In this document: piece by piece, positions 20,414-31,899 of the stretch
Position numbering within the stretch: position 1 is the first letter of the stretch
Layout: each line of letters begins with the position of its first letter
Assembly (NCBI GenBank): GCA_030867685.1
Contig: JAQOWU010000003.1
Coordinates: forward strand, 62,001-126,000
Direction: 5' to 3'
Source: Wickerhamiella versatilis
Taxonomy: Eukaryota
Length of the DNA: 64,000 nucleotides
Notes under the pieces: generated by a model
Seen by the model: only the letters and a program-made list of their open reading frames with translations
Databases searched by the model: none
What the model was told of the DNA's origin: nothing
Position numbers and translations under genes: made by a program

Positions 20414-21475
20414 TTAGCAGGATGAAATGTTATCCGTGTAACCATAGCAATGACTAAGTGGCTCCCCATTATCACTTTCTGCGGCTTCACCGTTACTAGC
20501 ATATTGATCACACCAAGAGAGCACTGCTCCGTTAGAATCAATGATCTTATCCTTGTATGATTGAGTGACCGAGACCGCTGAATAACTCTTCTTGGTACCA
20601 TCCACATAATTCCCCCATTCACCTATCTGAGGTGTGATCTTCGCGGTATTAACTATGGCATCGATCTCCTTTTCGACAGAGTCAGGAGTGACACCATCAT
20701 AAAGATGAAAGCTAGCAATTAAATGATTGCTACTCCCACCGTTTCCCTGCTTAATCCAATCAAACAAGTATTCCTTAGTTTTCCCCTTGGTTGAAAAAAG
20801 ACTACCATTATCACCAGTATTGGCCAGGCCAGACGCAGACCATCCAGCATCTTCAATGACGATAAAGCCCTCATGACCGGCTTCCCTTGATGCCTGTACG
20901 AGGTATCCATTCCACTCGGCCCAAGAATCATCTGGAGCGTTACCCCCATCTCCAGACTCATTCACTATATCAAGGACAAAGTTCTTGTATCCCTTCAATC
21001 CAGATGAGAGGTCGCTTATCACATGATGAGCTATTTCTAGGTTGTTGTTGGTGATTTTTTTGTTTATACTTGGTTGTCGAAGATTGATCTGAGTCACTAT
21101 ACCTTTCTTGTTACCTTCATCCACAATTGCTTCAATGATTTGGTATATTCTCTTCCATTTGGCAGGATCACTGTAGTAGTACTGGGTTGGAAATCCGAAG
21201 CGAAACCAGCCTCCGTCGACACTGTCAACAAGGTTTCTTGCAGCAGCCTGTGCATCGCTATCGGTATCACAGATATGTCCACCTTTTGCACCTCCGCAGT
21301 CGATTAGACCATTTGTACCAGTAAGCTTTCCATTCCATTGTGGAAACCAGTCTGAAATTGAGTCGGCGGGGATATCTCGCTTGGTCATTGCCTCAGATAC
21401 CGAGGACACTGCTCCTAGAGGCAAAGCCAATGCAATTGCAATCAAGTTAGCTGAAGTGAGAAGGGGTAGCATCAT
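20414..21475 (-). CDS. Secreted GH5-like glycoside hydrolase
   Basis: ATG at 21475 gives a signal peptide and a KR (Kex2-type) site; acid/base motif 'DIVNE', 'IVIEDAGW', 'ASFHLY', nucleophile 'IGEWG'. Confidence 0.7.
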   Translation of the reverse strand: MMLPLLTSANLIAIALALPLGAVSSVSEAMTKRDIPADSISDWFPQWNGKLTGTNGLIDCGGAKGGHICDTDSDAQAAARNLVDSVDGGWFRFGFPTQYYYSDPAKWKRIYQIIEAIVDEGNKKGIVTQINLRQPSINKKITNNNLEIAHHVISDLSSGLKGYKNFVLDIVNESGDGGNAPDDSWAEWNGYLVQASREAGHEGFIVIEDAGWSASGLANTGDNGSLFSTKGKTKEYLFDWIKQGNGGSSNHLIASFHLYDGVTPDSVEKEIDAIVNTAKITPQIGEWGNYVDGTKKSYSAVSVTQSYKDKIIDSNGAVLSWCDQYASNGEAAESDNGEPLSHCYGYTDNISSC

Positions 21476-22475
21476 TTTTAGAGTGACCTTACCAGCTGAG
21501 GGGTATTTTATCGGGTTATATAGCTGTCGAATATTACTAACGTGGACGAAAATCATATGAAACTCTTGGGTTGCGGTATGGACCACAATACATTGGGCTA
21601 CTTGCATTGCATAACCAGGTTGGACAATGCAAGATAGCCCACTCCAGGAAAAACACCACGTCGGAATATAGTTTGCCAAATAATGTCTATTTACTCATGT
21701 TGTGACTGACATGGTCTTCAAGTGTCCACATTGATACGAAACCTTTTTCGTAAGTTTTCAACAATTGCGTGCACACATATGTGAAGACAAGGCTCACAGC
21801 TATATCAATAATAAACTGTGGCGGCAAATAGCATTCAGTGAAACATTACTTAAAAACCTCGCCCTGCGGAGTGTGGCATCCGACAGGCAGATGTATATTC
21901 TAGGACAGCTCAACCATATACCATTGCAATTACTATTATGCAAATCCAATATTTCAAGCGACATTCTATTCTATGCGAAGGCGATCATCATCACGTTGTA
22001 ATGGTTAATAATTAAACTCATTCTTGGTATGCGTAGGGTTTCAAGGTAGACTCTCGGAGAATATCGTATAACTACTTACAAAGTCATATTGCTTATTGCT
22101 GGTGAATGGTACAAGAATGTTATCAAAGTGTAATCAACTTCCTGAAGCAGTTCAAATTGAATAATGGGGTTGAAGCAAAAACGTTCTAACGCTCTCGCTG
22201 TAATTTGAATCTTCAAGTAGCCGATAATCACCGAGTAAGCAATCCTAGAATATTCAGAGACCATAAAGACTTTCGTAAGTATTTAACACACATATACGAG
22301 AACCCAAGCGGTTTGACATAGATTCCACCGCGTCTAAATAACAATAGACGCAAATTGCCTTAAAACGAACCTGTCCAATAACATCATGACCCAATTGCTC
22401 CGTTCTCTGAGCTTCTTCTCGTCGCTCAAGCATGCCACCGCAAAAATAAACAATAAGACGTTATAGTAGCAATGT

Positions 22476-22493
22476 CCAATCAGTCTCAGGTAG
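22476..22493 (+). repeat. Dispersed 18-bp intergenic motif, copy CCAATCAGTCTCAGGTAG
   Basis: One mismatch to the copy at 33164. Confidence 0.7.
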
Positions 22494-22923
22494 TTGTACG
22501 GCAACTAATTAAACTATGTAGAGGTATTCTTTAGGGGAACATCAATACAGCAAGAAATTGAGTGCCCATGCACCAGGCGCTGTTCAAAACCGTACCCGAA
22601 CTGACGTAGGTTGGAGATCTTCTGCGGAAACAACCGACCCCAACCTCCTGCATATTTCGACATCTGCATAACCCCATACATGGCTCATGCAGGGTGCTCT
22701 GAATTCCTCGGGTGGAAGCGAAGCACGTGTAAGCATCGATTCTTCGTCGCAGTCCAATACTATTCAGTATTGATTTCCTAGATTCGTATATAATTACGAG
22801 AGCATCGGCCTGGCACCTACCGTTTATAATTCGAGTTACATTGTTCGCTAGTAGCTTTACTATGGGTATCTAGATTCAGGCTAAGGTTATATGGTAGGCT
22901 AACGATCGTTGTATATGATGCGC

Positions 22924-23868
22924 TTAACCAAACAACTGGTCTCCTACAAACTCGTCATAGGTTTTCCCATCAGTAAGAACCTTTGTATTCTTACGGGCTT
23001 GGTCTGCATCCCATAGCATAACACCACCAAAGTTTGAGCTGCTATCAATTTCACCCAAATATTTCTTAAAATCCTGTTCGTTGAGATAGGCGTCCTCGTT
23101 GGCTGCTTGCTTTGAAGCAGGAATGCCAAGTAGAATCGATGAGGAGTGATCCTTTCCATAAGAATTCCACTTGTCCCAGTTAAAAACGTTACCGTCTTTA
23201 CCAGATGTAGTGGGCTGGCAAACTTCGTTGTTGTAGAACTGAACGAAGAGGTAGTCAAAATGAATGTTGTAGCTCAGTAAGGCATTGCCAATATGCTGGC
23301 TTTCAATTTTCAGCTCATCGTTAGACTCATCCCAGGGGCACTCAGGAGCAGCGGAGATCTGAACGCCAGGATACAGCTCTTTCAGTTTGTTTATCAGAGC
23401 TATGTAACTCTGGTCATTCCCAGTAGATTGCTCAACATCGAAGTCGATACCATGAACAATGGTGTTGCCGCCAAACACACTGTTAGAAGGATCAAGAAAT
23501 GTCGAATAAATCTTCTGAACGACATCCTCAGCATCATTATCATCTTGTAATCCATAGGAACCATCGCTACCGCCGAGAGAGACAAAAATTTTCTTGCCTC
23601 TACTATCGCACTCTCTGATTTGGTTGCCAAGATTTTGACATCCTTCACCGCTCTGCGAGCAGCTGCCAAGACTATATTGCAAATCTTGACCGTATCCGAA
23701 AGCGTTTACAAAACTCAAAACAATGATATTCGCGGGCGAATTGTTGCAGATATCAGAAAGTGAATTGTATCCTCCGTTTTCGTTGTCCCAATAGACAACA
23801 AGATCAGCTGCGTATACAAGCGGGAGCAAAAGTGCTGAAAGGGTTGCGATAACGCTTGGGGTTCTCAT
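22924..23868 (-). CDS. Secreted GH18 class III chitinase (Cts1-like catalytic domain only)
   Basis: Signal peptide; 'VVYW', 'SLGG', catalytic 'GIDFDVE', 'SAAPECP', 'VQFYNN', 'FGGVMLWD'. No Ser/Thr linker or chitin-binding module. Confidence 0.92.
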   Translation of the reverse strand: MRTPSVIATLSALLLPLVYAADLVVYWDNENGGYNSLSDICNNSPANIIVLSFVNAFGYGQDLQYSLGSCSQSGEGCQNLGNQIRECDSRGKKIFVSLGGSDGSYGLQDDNDAEDVVQKIYSTFLDPSNSVFGGNTIVHGIDFDVEQSTGNDQSYIALINKLKELYPGVQISAAPECPWDESNDELKIESQHIGNALLSYNIHFDYLFVQFYNNEVCQPTTSGKDGNVFNWDKWNSYGKDHSSSILLGIPASKQAANEDAYLNEQDFKKYLGEIDSSSNFGGVMLWDADQARKNTKVLTDGKTYDEFVGDQLFG

Positions 23869-26515
23869 AGTCGAAAGCAGAAGTTGAGTACAGTGGAGTT
23901 GCCCAGCTGCCTATTTATACCTAAGACTATCGTGTGGGCTGGGGCTCGGAGTGCAGCCCTCCCAAAAATTGAATCATTAAGCTCCCTGGATCTACAGGGA
24001 TAATTCAGGTTGCTTTCGAGGACCACTTAAACTCAAGATGGTGTAGAGTACTGAGCTCAGATGGGACCATAAGTACTGAGTTTCGGAGAAATTCCAGCAA
24101 CCTAGTAGCAATTTCTTAGCGTTGATCCTGTTACAGCTGCGAAATGCGGAATGCGTGCAGAGCAAATTCAATGTAGAGGTATGGGCTTGTGGATGCAGGG
24201 TTCGTTGCGTCAGGATCTTCGGTCCGTTATGAGATAAATTACGAATACTCGTGGGCTACGTGTGGGCAGCAACACCCTCTCACTTGAATCCTGTATACAT
24301 ATTCTTTGCTTTTTGCACCGGGCTATATCGCACAGCTAAAGCGGATCGGTAGGAAATTTAAGCCTAGCATACATTATCCACTAAACATTGATAAGCCTGG
24401 AGTAAGAGCACGTGGTCGATGATTGCTTTAGTGGGCTATCCTGCACTGTTCAACTAGTCTCTATGAGACCGCTTAGCCAAGAAGGCCCACTAAAATGCTA
24501 TGAGAAAATCAATGGGTACTGTTTGTATGAAGTCAATTCTTAACAGATTTAGCTCATTTTATTTATCTTTAGCTACTACAAGTTGCCGAATCCTGGCCTC
24601 CTTAAGTAGATCGTGCAGAATATCAGAGGCCCAGCTCACCAATAAGTTTCCATAGTTATCGGTATTCAGTATTTGTGACCCTAACTGGGCCCCACACCAG
24701 GAATGTGGGTATGTTCAAAAGTTAACCCCCAAACTCCCAGCATTTTTCGCGCATATTTCACCTGGAAAGCAACAAGCAGATGCAAAAAATGGTCCCAGAA
24801 CTCTATTCATCCTTTTTAGCAATCTGATAAGCTTTGTCGGCCAAAACACCTCTGCGTTCTTCTGTCACTCTGAGAGAAGACCTGCTATACTCCCTTTTTT
24901 ACGCCTTTCCTAAACAAATTTACCCTATCATAGTGCAGTGAGCATAAATTAATGAAACCCTTATGACGATGCTAAGTATATCCAATTTTGGAGAATCAAA
25001 ACGTTTCTTCGCATTTCTGATCTCTTTTTTCGTGTATTTGGTGCCTAATCTGTGCTCCTGCTCGCGAGAAGCGAGACTATCATCGCGTATCCTGAATGCT
25101 ACATCGGGGCAGGGGTCGGAAAAGTCCGATGTGCCTTGGGGACCGTGTGAGTTGCTCAGATCACGGCTTTAATTGATCAAGATATCAATTTTAGGATGTT
25201 ATTCATGGAATTTCAGTTTCAAGTGTTATCACATTGGTGGGTCGTGATGGTGGCAGTCGAAAGAGCATAATGGTAAATAGCTTCTTTATGGAGATCCTGC
25301 TCAAGATCTTACAGACTGTAGCCACCCTCTTTATGCACAAGTTCTAGCATTTTTTTTTAAGCGCCCCTTTTGGTTTGCTCTACGGCAGATCTGGACCGGC
25401 ATGTTCAGAAATGGGCTTCACGACATGAACTCACTTATCTTTCAGACATACTTTTTACACTTAATTTATAAAATCTATACGAAGAAAATTCCACCTCTAT
25501 TTAAACAAAATCAAGTTTATTAGTCCTGACTCCAATTTTGGAATTCTCGGATTATGTTGCATGAAAGCGAGAGTTAATTACAATTCTAAAAGCCAGCTGT
25601 GTACTAGACTCTGCAAATTTTGCTGCAAATCTTATGGCGGTGACAATTCTCCAATCCGCATTGTCATCTTGATGAATTCATTCCATGCGACAGCCAAGGG
25701 CTGAAGTATAGGTGACCTCTTCAAGTCACACCGTTCGTGAAAACATTTATCGATTAGCACCATCCAGAAGTATGGCAATTTACATGCCTTTTTCGGGCTA
25801 GCAACTTCTTTTTCTTTAGCAATATGACCAACTAGACTAAACTACGAACCTTTCGGTTTCATTACTAATCCCTTATCATGCAGGGTCCAGTTACTCCGGC
25901 GGATTAATTCGCGTAAGTAATACTTGCACAAATATGGTGATTTGTTTACCTAAATCATTGTTTAAACAAGTTAGTTTCATGCCGCGAGTGGTTCCGATGA
26001 AATTTCTTACGGAGTACTCAAGTACTCCAGACGGAGGAGGTAGGGGTAGGGGCATGCCTGCGTCCTGGAACATCTTGCCCCTGATTACGCAGCACAGGAT
26101 TGTATGTCTCGAGATAATATACTAATCTGAATCGAAGAAGAACCATCTTGTTACAATTGGAACCCTTTTCAAAAGAGATGCTAATAAGTGTCGACTGATA
26201 TACTCGGATTTGGTTTTCTCCTGCGCAGAGACGCGGTGTGGGCTATCTTGCATCGTCCCCCATGTTCCACGTCAATCAATATTTTGCTGCAGTGTTTTAA
26301 ACAGCTAAAACATCTACTGTTTTAATGTTTTTCGAAACTTATCAATTTGATCTTTCCTCGCTTCAGTTCGCGAAGTTTGCTCGGTATGCTATATTCGACT
26401 GTCAATAGACAATAACAGGATTATAAGCGACTATGAGTTGCAATCGTTAAAGTGAGCTCGCAGTAGATCTAACAAAGCCTCGGGAAACCTTCATGCTGCA
26501 ATATCCTACAGGTGT

Positions 26516-27514
26516 TTAGCTGTCACGAGTCAGGTTCCAACACACTTCTAACGCAAACCGGATGGTATCGGTAAACTTCTTGAGCGTATCATTTTGATGG
26601 TTATAACCTATGGAGGGGTCAAATTCGACCTCTATCTCTTTGGTTTGGTCGTGCTCTGACTCAACCGAAGTGGTATCGATGCGGATGCTATTCATGATCC
26701 AACTCTTCCTCAACTTATTCCTTACATGCAGTGCTTGAGTCATCGATGGTTCAAAGGCTAGTGGGCGTTTTGTACTAAGCGTGAGCCTTAAATCTAAGCC
26801 TGATTTTGGGTTCACTATTACCAGATTGCCAATATGTATTTTCTCCATAACACGTATGACAGTGTTATCCGAGTCATAAGCCAAACGAACGTTATCAGGA
26901 TGCGTCTCTTCTCTTTCCACAAAATCTTCTCGATGGACCTTCCCTGTAAATGTCGAGGAGTCTAAGCTGGCCAGCATGCTCTGAAGTTTAAGAAACATCC
27001 AGCCAGGCACTTGAGAATGGAACCTGGTGCATTTATACGCGTAAGTGGGGTCGACCACGGTCACACATGGGATCGCGAACTTCACATGTCGAGTTAAGAA
27101 CCTATCCGTCAGGATTCCCAGCTTAAACTCAAGTTCAATATTATTTTTCCGCACATCATCTAGTCCTTCCACAAGGTTGGACACCCACTCAGCGATGTAC
27201 GCTTCAACTCCACAGGTGGGAAATATGCAGTTTGAACCGGAGCGTAAACTCCATTGCTTAGCAAAACTTCCTGATGGAGCCTCCTTACGATGAGTTAACC
27301 CACGAATATTACTTTCCCGAGGCGTCGAGTTCTGGTTTTGAGTATAATCTGCCATGTAGTCTAAGAAGTTTTTGCGAAATCTGTGGACTTCATTCTCTTC
27401 CTCTTCCTTTTCGGTGTTACTAGGCAAAGGGGACTTCTGATTCTCTGACACATGGACTGAAGCGGTATCAGTACTAACCGTTGTATCCCGTTTTAAACGG
27501 TCTTGATTTGTCAT
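26516..27514 (-). CDS. mRNA 5'-triphosphatase of the Cet1/Ctl1 (CYTH tunnel) family
   Basis: 'IELEFKLG' motif A, 'RNKLRKSW', 'RIDTTSV', 'EIEVE' motif C. First ATG is at 27514. Confidence 0.8.
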   Translation of the reverse strand: MTNQDRLKRDTTVSTDTASVHVSENQKSPLPSNTEKEEEENEVHRFRKNFLDYMADYTQNQNSTPRESNIRGLTHRKEAPSGSFAKQWSLRSGSNCIFPTCGVEAYIAEWVSNLVEGLDDVRKNNIELEFKLGILTDRFLTRHVKFAIPCVTVVDPTYAYKCTRFHSQVPGWMFLKLQSMLASLDSSTFTGKVHREDFVEREETHPDNVRLAYDSDNTVIRVMEKIHIGNLVIVNPKSGLDLRLTLSTKRPLAFEPSMTQALHVRNKLRKSWIMNSIRIDTTSVESEHDQTKEIEVEFDPSIGYNHQNDTLKKFTDTIRFALEVCWNLTRDS

Positions 27515-28758
27515 GTGGATGACAAATCTGCCATGGGTTAAGAGATGAATGGACACATAGTTATATCGAGGGACCTTTCACATAAGGCATTTATCATTCT
27601 CGATATATATAAAACTAGTTAACAAAAACGCGACAAGTGCAAAAAATTCTGTCCTTTAAACCCTTACTTCACGCACTGTGACTTCTCCGGATAGAGGAAC
27701 GCGATAGACTTTAAAACTCTATGGTGCATCGTTGACAAAGTATACTAGCTCTTGAGCCTTCTCAGGCTATAATTATGCGATACTATCTCATTCGACACTT
27801 TGCGTCGACAGCAGCTAATTTACGGGAGAAGGGAGAGGACTTGATACACAAGGTCAACATCGAAAAAGACTTCACTATAAGCTTTGATCGAGGACAGAAC
27901 GAGACATCAGTAAGGTAACGTATCAAGAAAGAATATCCTATATATCGTGGGCAGCTCACTTTCTTTATCAACGCGGTTCACGATTGGGCCAAGCATTCAG
28001 CGATCATCGAATGCTGGTGGTATGCCTGGGTCCCCAAATACCGAAACTCTATATCTTTTGCAGAGAGGAGAATAATCGACATGCATACAGGCGCGCTATT
28101 TCTTACAAGTGCATATCAAATTGAATGCATCGAGATTGAACCTCCATGCTGGACAACGTGGCTCAATCCTGATTGCGTTTCGTTAACCGAATAAATGCAG
28201 TACGTAATTAATTTTCAAAATTTCAACTGCCGATTATCTACCATTACGATGTGGGTTACATCGGCTGTCGATATTTCTCTCAGCCACATATGTTGCTAAA
28301 GTTAGAGGTGGGAGCATATATTTTACATAAAATTTTGCTTACACTCTTGTATAAGTCCTCATGACTATTTCCGCTCTATTCCTTCTTATTTAGCGATACT
28401 TCCTGGTGTAATTTGTAGAATTCTCCCCTTTTTCAGTTCATGGTCGTGACTTACAACCCATATGCAGGGTAACATACGCGTGCGTCGGGTGTAGCCACCT
28501 ACAAAGGAAAAAGTTACGTAAATTAATTTTTAATGCCAGATATCTCTCAGATCAGTATCTTAGCCGTACTTTTATCGAGCCTTTTCGGCTTGCGATGCGT
28601 TGCATCGAAGATAATTATCAAAGACCTCAAATTCTTAAGCCGTACAAGCATGGGCCACTTCCTAGATTTGAAAGAAACTTGAATTTTTATCTCTATATGA
28701 AATATTATGCTTTATAACTTCGTAAATCAATAACTCATTATACCCGGCTAGCTCGAGG

Positions 28759-29829
28759 TTACCTCAAATGAGGAAACAGCTCAAACACTGTGTTATCCAA
28801 GTACCCATGAGTATCTTGCGAAAACCTCTTCACATCAGCTTCATCAAAAGAATCTGCAGCGATCAGTCTCTCACGCTGGATACGGCAGCGCTCCTCCAAT
28901 GCTTTCAACCTGTAATCCAGCCATTGGCGTCCTAGCTCCTTCATATCGGAAACTTTCCAGGCCTCATTCAACCTGGTCGTATCACGAGCAAAAGGGTCAC
29001 GAGGACGCAAACTTGTCACCATTGCAATTCGTTCCGAGCAATTGCGCGCACGGAGAGCTGCATGCTTAATCTGGGAACCCTGTAGCAGCACTACCTTGCC
29101 CATGCCTGGACCAGGAACTACAGTCGTCGTACCATCCTTCTTCATAACCGCCGTTTCCCCGCCTTCCATTCCCGTGGTATCAGATACCATCAATACGGCA
29201 ACAAAAGGCACATAATCATAATGCCAGTCGTCAACAGGACGGTCATCATAGATGCTTGGAGACGTACGTTCCGAGTCGGGGAGAGGACGCGTCGGGGTGT
29301 CCAACAGGTCTTTAACTCCTTCTCTCCCTTTAGGGCCCAGTTGTATGTTTGTGTGGCCGATCTCGTAGTCACATACAGGTACCACGTCGAGGTTCAATGC
29401 CTTCGAGATAGCTCCCAGGACTTGGGGACTCATCCAGGCATCGTGCAGAAACTTTGAATGGGTCGGTGCGTAGCCGCGAACAACGTAGGGAGCACGTTCC
29501 GATGAATAGACGTGGTTGCTTTGTACAGGTTCAGAGAGTAGATCATTACGCAACAATCGTACGGCCTCCTCAGTAAACATCTGAAAAGGTGCTACTGCTG
29601 CAATATCGCTTATACCATCCTTTTCATCGTCATAGCCAAAATCGCTTAGTTTTAGTCTCCATTCCGGCTCCTGAATATTGAGGTGTACTTTAGGGTCGAA
29701 TTGAACCTTGGTAGGCATATATTTCCACTGTCGAGCTTGGTTTCGAGGCTCAGATAGCGCAGAGAGCTCACTAGCTGGCTCGAACAAGTGTTCAGAAAAA
29801 GGCGTTGGCTGGGTTATTGTCGAAGCCAT
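28759..29829 (-). CDS. Putative Fe(II)/2-oxoglutarate oxygenase-like conserved fungal protein
   Basis: HxD in 'WHYD', 'GGET', distal His in 'IKHAA', Arg in 'ERIAMVTS', matching the DSBH facial-triad layout. Confidence 0.7.
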   Translation of the reverse strand: MASTITQPTPFSEHLFEPASELSALSEPRNQARQWKYMPTKVQFDPKVHLNIQEPEWRLKLSDFGYDDEKDGISDIAAVAPFQMFTEEAVRLLRNDLLSEPVQSNHVYSSERAPYVVRGYAPTHSKFLHDAWMSPQVLGAISKALNLDVVPVCDYEIGHTNIQLGPKGREGVKDLLDTPTRPLPDSERTSPSIYDDRPVDDWHYDYVPFVAVLMVSDTTGMEGGETAVMKKDGTTTVVPGPGMGKVVLLQGSQIKHAALRARNCSERIAMVTSLRPRDPFARDTTRLNEAWKVSDMKELGRQWLDYRLKALEERCRIQRERLIAADSFDEADVKRFSQDTHGYLDNTVFELFPHLR

Positions 29830-30478
29830 ATGGATAAGATAAGATGATTGCCAGACTTCTGGTCAATCTAACCGAGAGATCCCACCTTGCTTAAATAGCC
29901 AACATCGATTTGGGGGGAAATCGGCTTTGGGCAATGAACCCTGGCTGGCAATTGATAAGTCGGTTCGGCTAATCCGGGTTTCGAACGGGTTTGTAATCCT
30001 ACCTTAATTGCGAGGATATCTGATGGCTTATGTCAGTGCGGTAACGGTGAAATATGGATTTTAGTTCGCACAGATGGCAGCGAATAACTTGAGAAATTTG
30101 TACTTACTTTATGTGGCTATGAATTGACCAGAATTAGTGTTAATCTGGCTCGGTAAGAATATCCAAGCAGTGCCTGATACATAGTCATTCACCATTTACA
30201 CTGCTAAATTAAGATCCATAACCGTCGAGTACCATTATAGTATTTATCCCACACTGCGATTATAAGAAGCATATTAAAGGTGAAAAATCAGGGAAAAAAG
30301 TGCAGCGATCAGCAATATCGGTATGGAGATTTAAGTGTACTACGTATTAAACTAATCCGAAAACTCGGCACATTCTATGCTAATATCTCACCACCAATAA
30401 CCTTGGTTTAGGCTGATTTCCGGTAATTCAATCCAGTATTTATCGTAGAAATAAACTAGCAGTCACTTCACGTAAAGG

Positions 30479-30763
30479 CTACTTGGAGGAAGCCTTTTCT
30501 TTAGCATCACATTTTCCATGTGCTACATCCCAAGCTAGCTTGATAAGTAGCCCTGGAATTCCAAGGATGCAACAGCATAACCAAGCGTTACAATCGCAGA
30601 ATTCGTATTCTTCTTCCTCTTTCTCTTCAGGCGATGTTACCGTGGTATCCTGCGTCTTCTGGTTACCCTCAACTGTGACCGAAGCCTTTGACTTCTCACT
30701 CAGATTTTCAGATTTCTTTGTGCCAATGGCATCTTCTTTTGACGATGCACTGACTGCTGCCAT
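30479..30763 (-). CDS. Small protein with Cys-rich hydrophobic segment (CYSTM-like)
   Basis: 94 aa; charged, low-complexity N-terminus followed by 'FCDCNAWLCCCILGIPGLLI'. Confidence 0.5.
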   Translation of the reverse strand: MAAVSASSKEDAIGTKKSENLSEKSKASVTVEGNQKTQDTTVTSPEEKEEEEYEFCDCNAWLCCCILGIPGLLIKLAWDVAHGKCDAKEKASSK

Positions 30764-31899
30764 GCTAAGTGGAGGATGTCACATTCATAGCTGAAAAGGT
30801 GATGGAAGCCCTAAACCTATGTCTTGGCAGAAAGCTGCATTAAGGGCAGTTGATATATGCTTTGTGTTTCGCATATTTAAAATTTGTAAACATTAAGAAC
30901 TTCTTTGATAGTCGAGGATGGTCTTAATTCAATCAGATTCGGAGCATGCCTGGCCTCACCATGGCGCTTTATAATATCTTGTTAGATTAAAAACATCGCA
31001 GCTACTAATTGCTCTTCTTATCACTGCCTTAGTCTTCACTCTATGTTGGGGTACGTGTGAGGCTCTTAGCATACCACTATGGTAATTCAACACATATCAC
31101 AAATCACTTGCTGCTGGCATAAGCTCAAAGCTTATTTGGTAAAAAAAAATATCACAGAAAGCTAGGTTGTCACTTGAAAACCGCCAGAAATGAGAATCCT
31201 CCATCAAGCTGTTAATGTACGACTTCTATAGGTGGATTCGTATCATCCAAGAACAATAATACTTGTTCATAGCTCCACTGCAATCCTATGTAAGGCTCTA
31301 CTAGGTTGAGCGAATGACTGTATATTCCAATATTTCAGCAGAATTACTGATAAAGAATTAAATTGGACTGTATTCCACTGTACCCATAGTCTCAAGTAGT
31401 GGAGTAGGTTATCGTGCACTATACTCTCCTCAGGACACCTCAATTCTTTTTAGGGATGTATTGAAACTCAGAAGCAACCTCTTTTAATAGGCAGATGTGC
31501 TTGTTTCACTGCTTTATAGGTTTCTGGCTGCATCATCACTGAAAGTCACTAATTCTTATCTACTGGGCTAGGGGATTTCATATTCAAGCTAGTACTGTAT
31601 ATTATCCCCTGCAATAGCGATATAGTATATATTTATACATACCTAAACCCGTCATATACATTGAATCGCGGCTACTAGTTATATTCATGATTTCTTGACG
31701 TGTTTATCCGATTATATTCTCGTAGTCGTTGTCACGTTGATCTCTATAGGTGGGAGATGACCACTATATCGCAATTATAATAAAATGAAAACAAAATATT
31801 CCCTCACTGGCCGCCAAAGTCTAGTTCCAGCTAAAATTACATTACTTCTAAAGGACCGAAATATTGATTAATAATATTTGATAACAACAAGACAAGGCC

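Noticed and set aside
23869-26515. 2.6-kb gene-free interval with a short imperfect tandem duplication near 24030-24080
   Set aside because: The short ORFs lack protein-like features and the duplication is too weak to call.
8046-27556. Extended ORF-track starts at 9848, 17452, 21679 and 27556
   Set aside because: They use TTG/GTG starts; downstream ATGs give matching paralogue N-termini or proper signal peptides.
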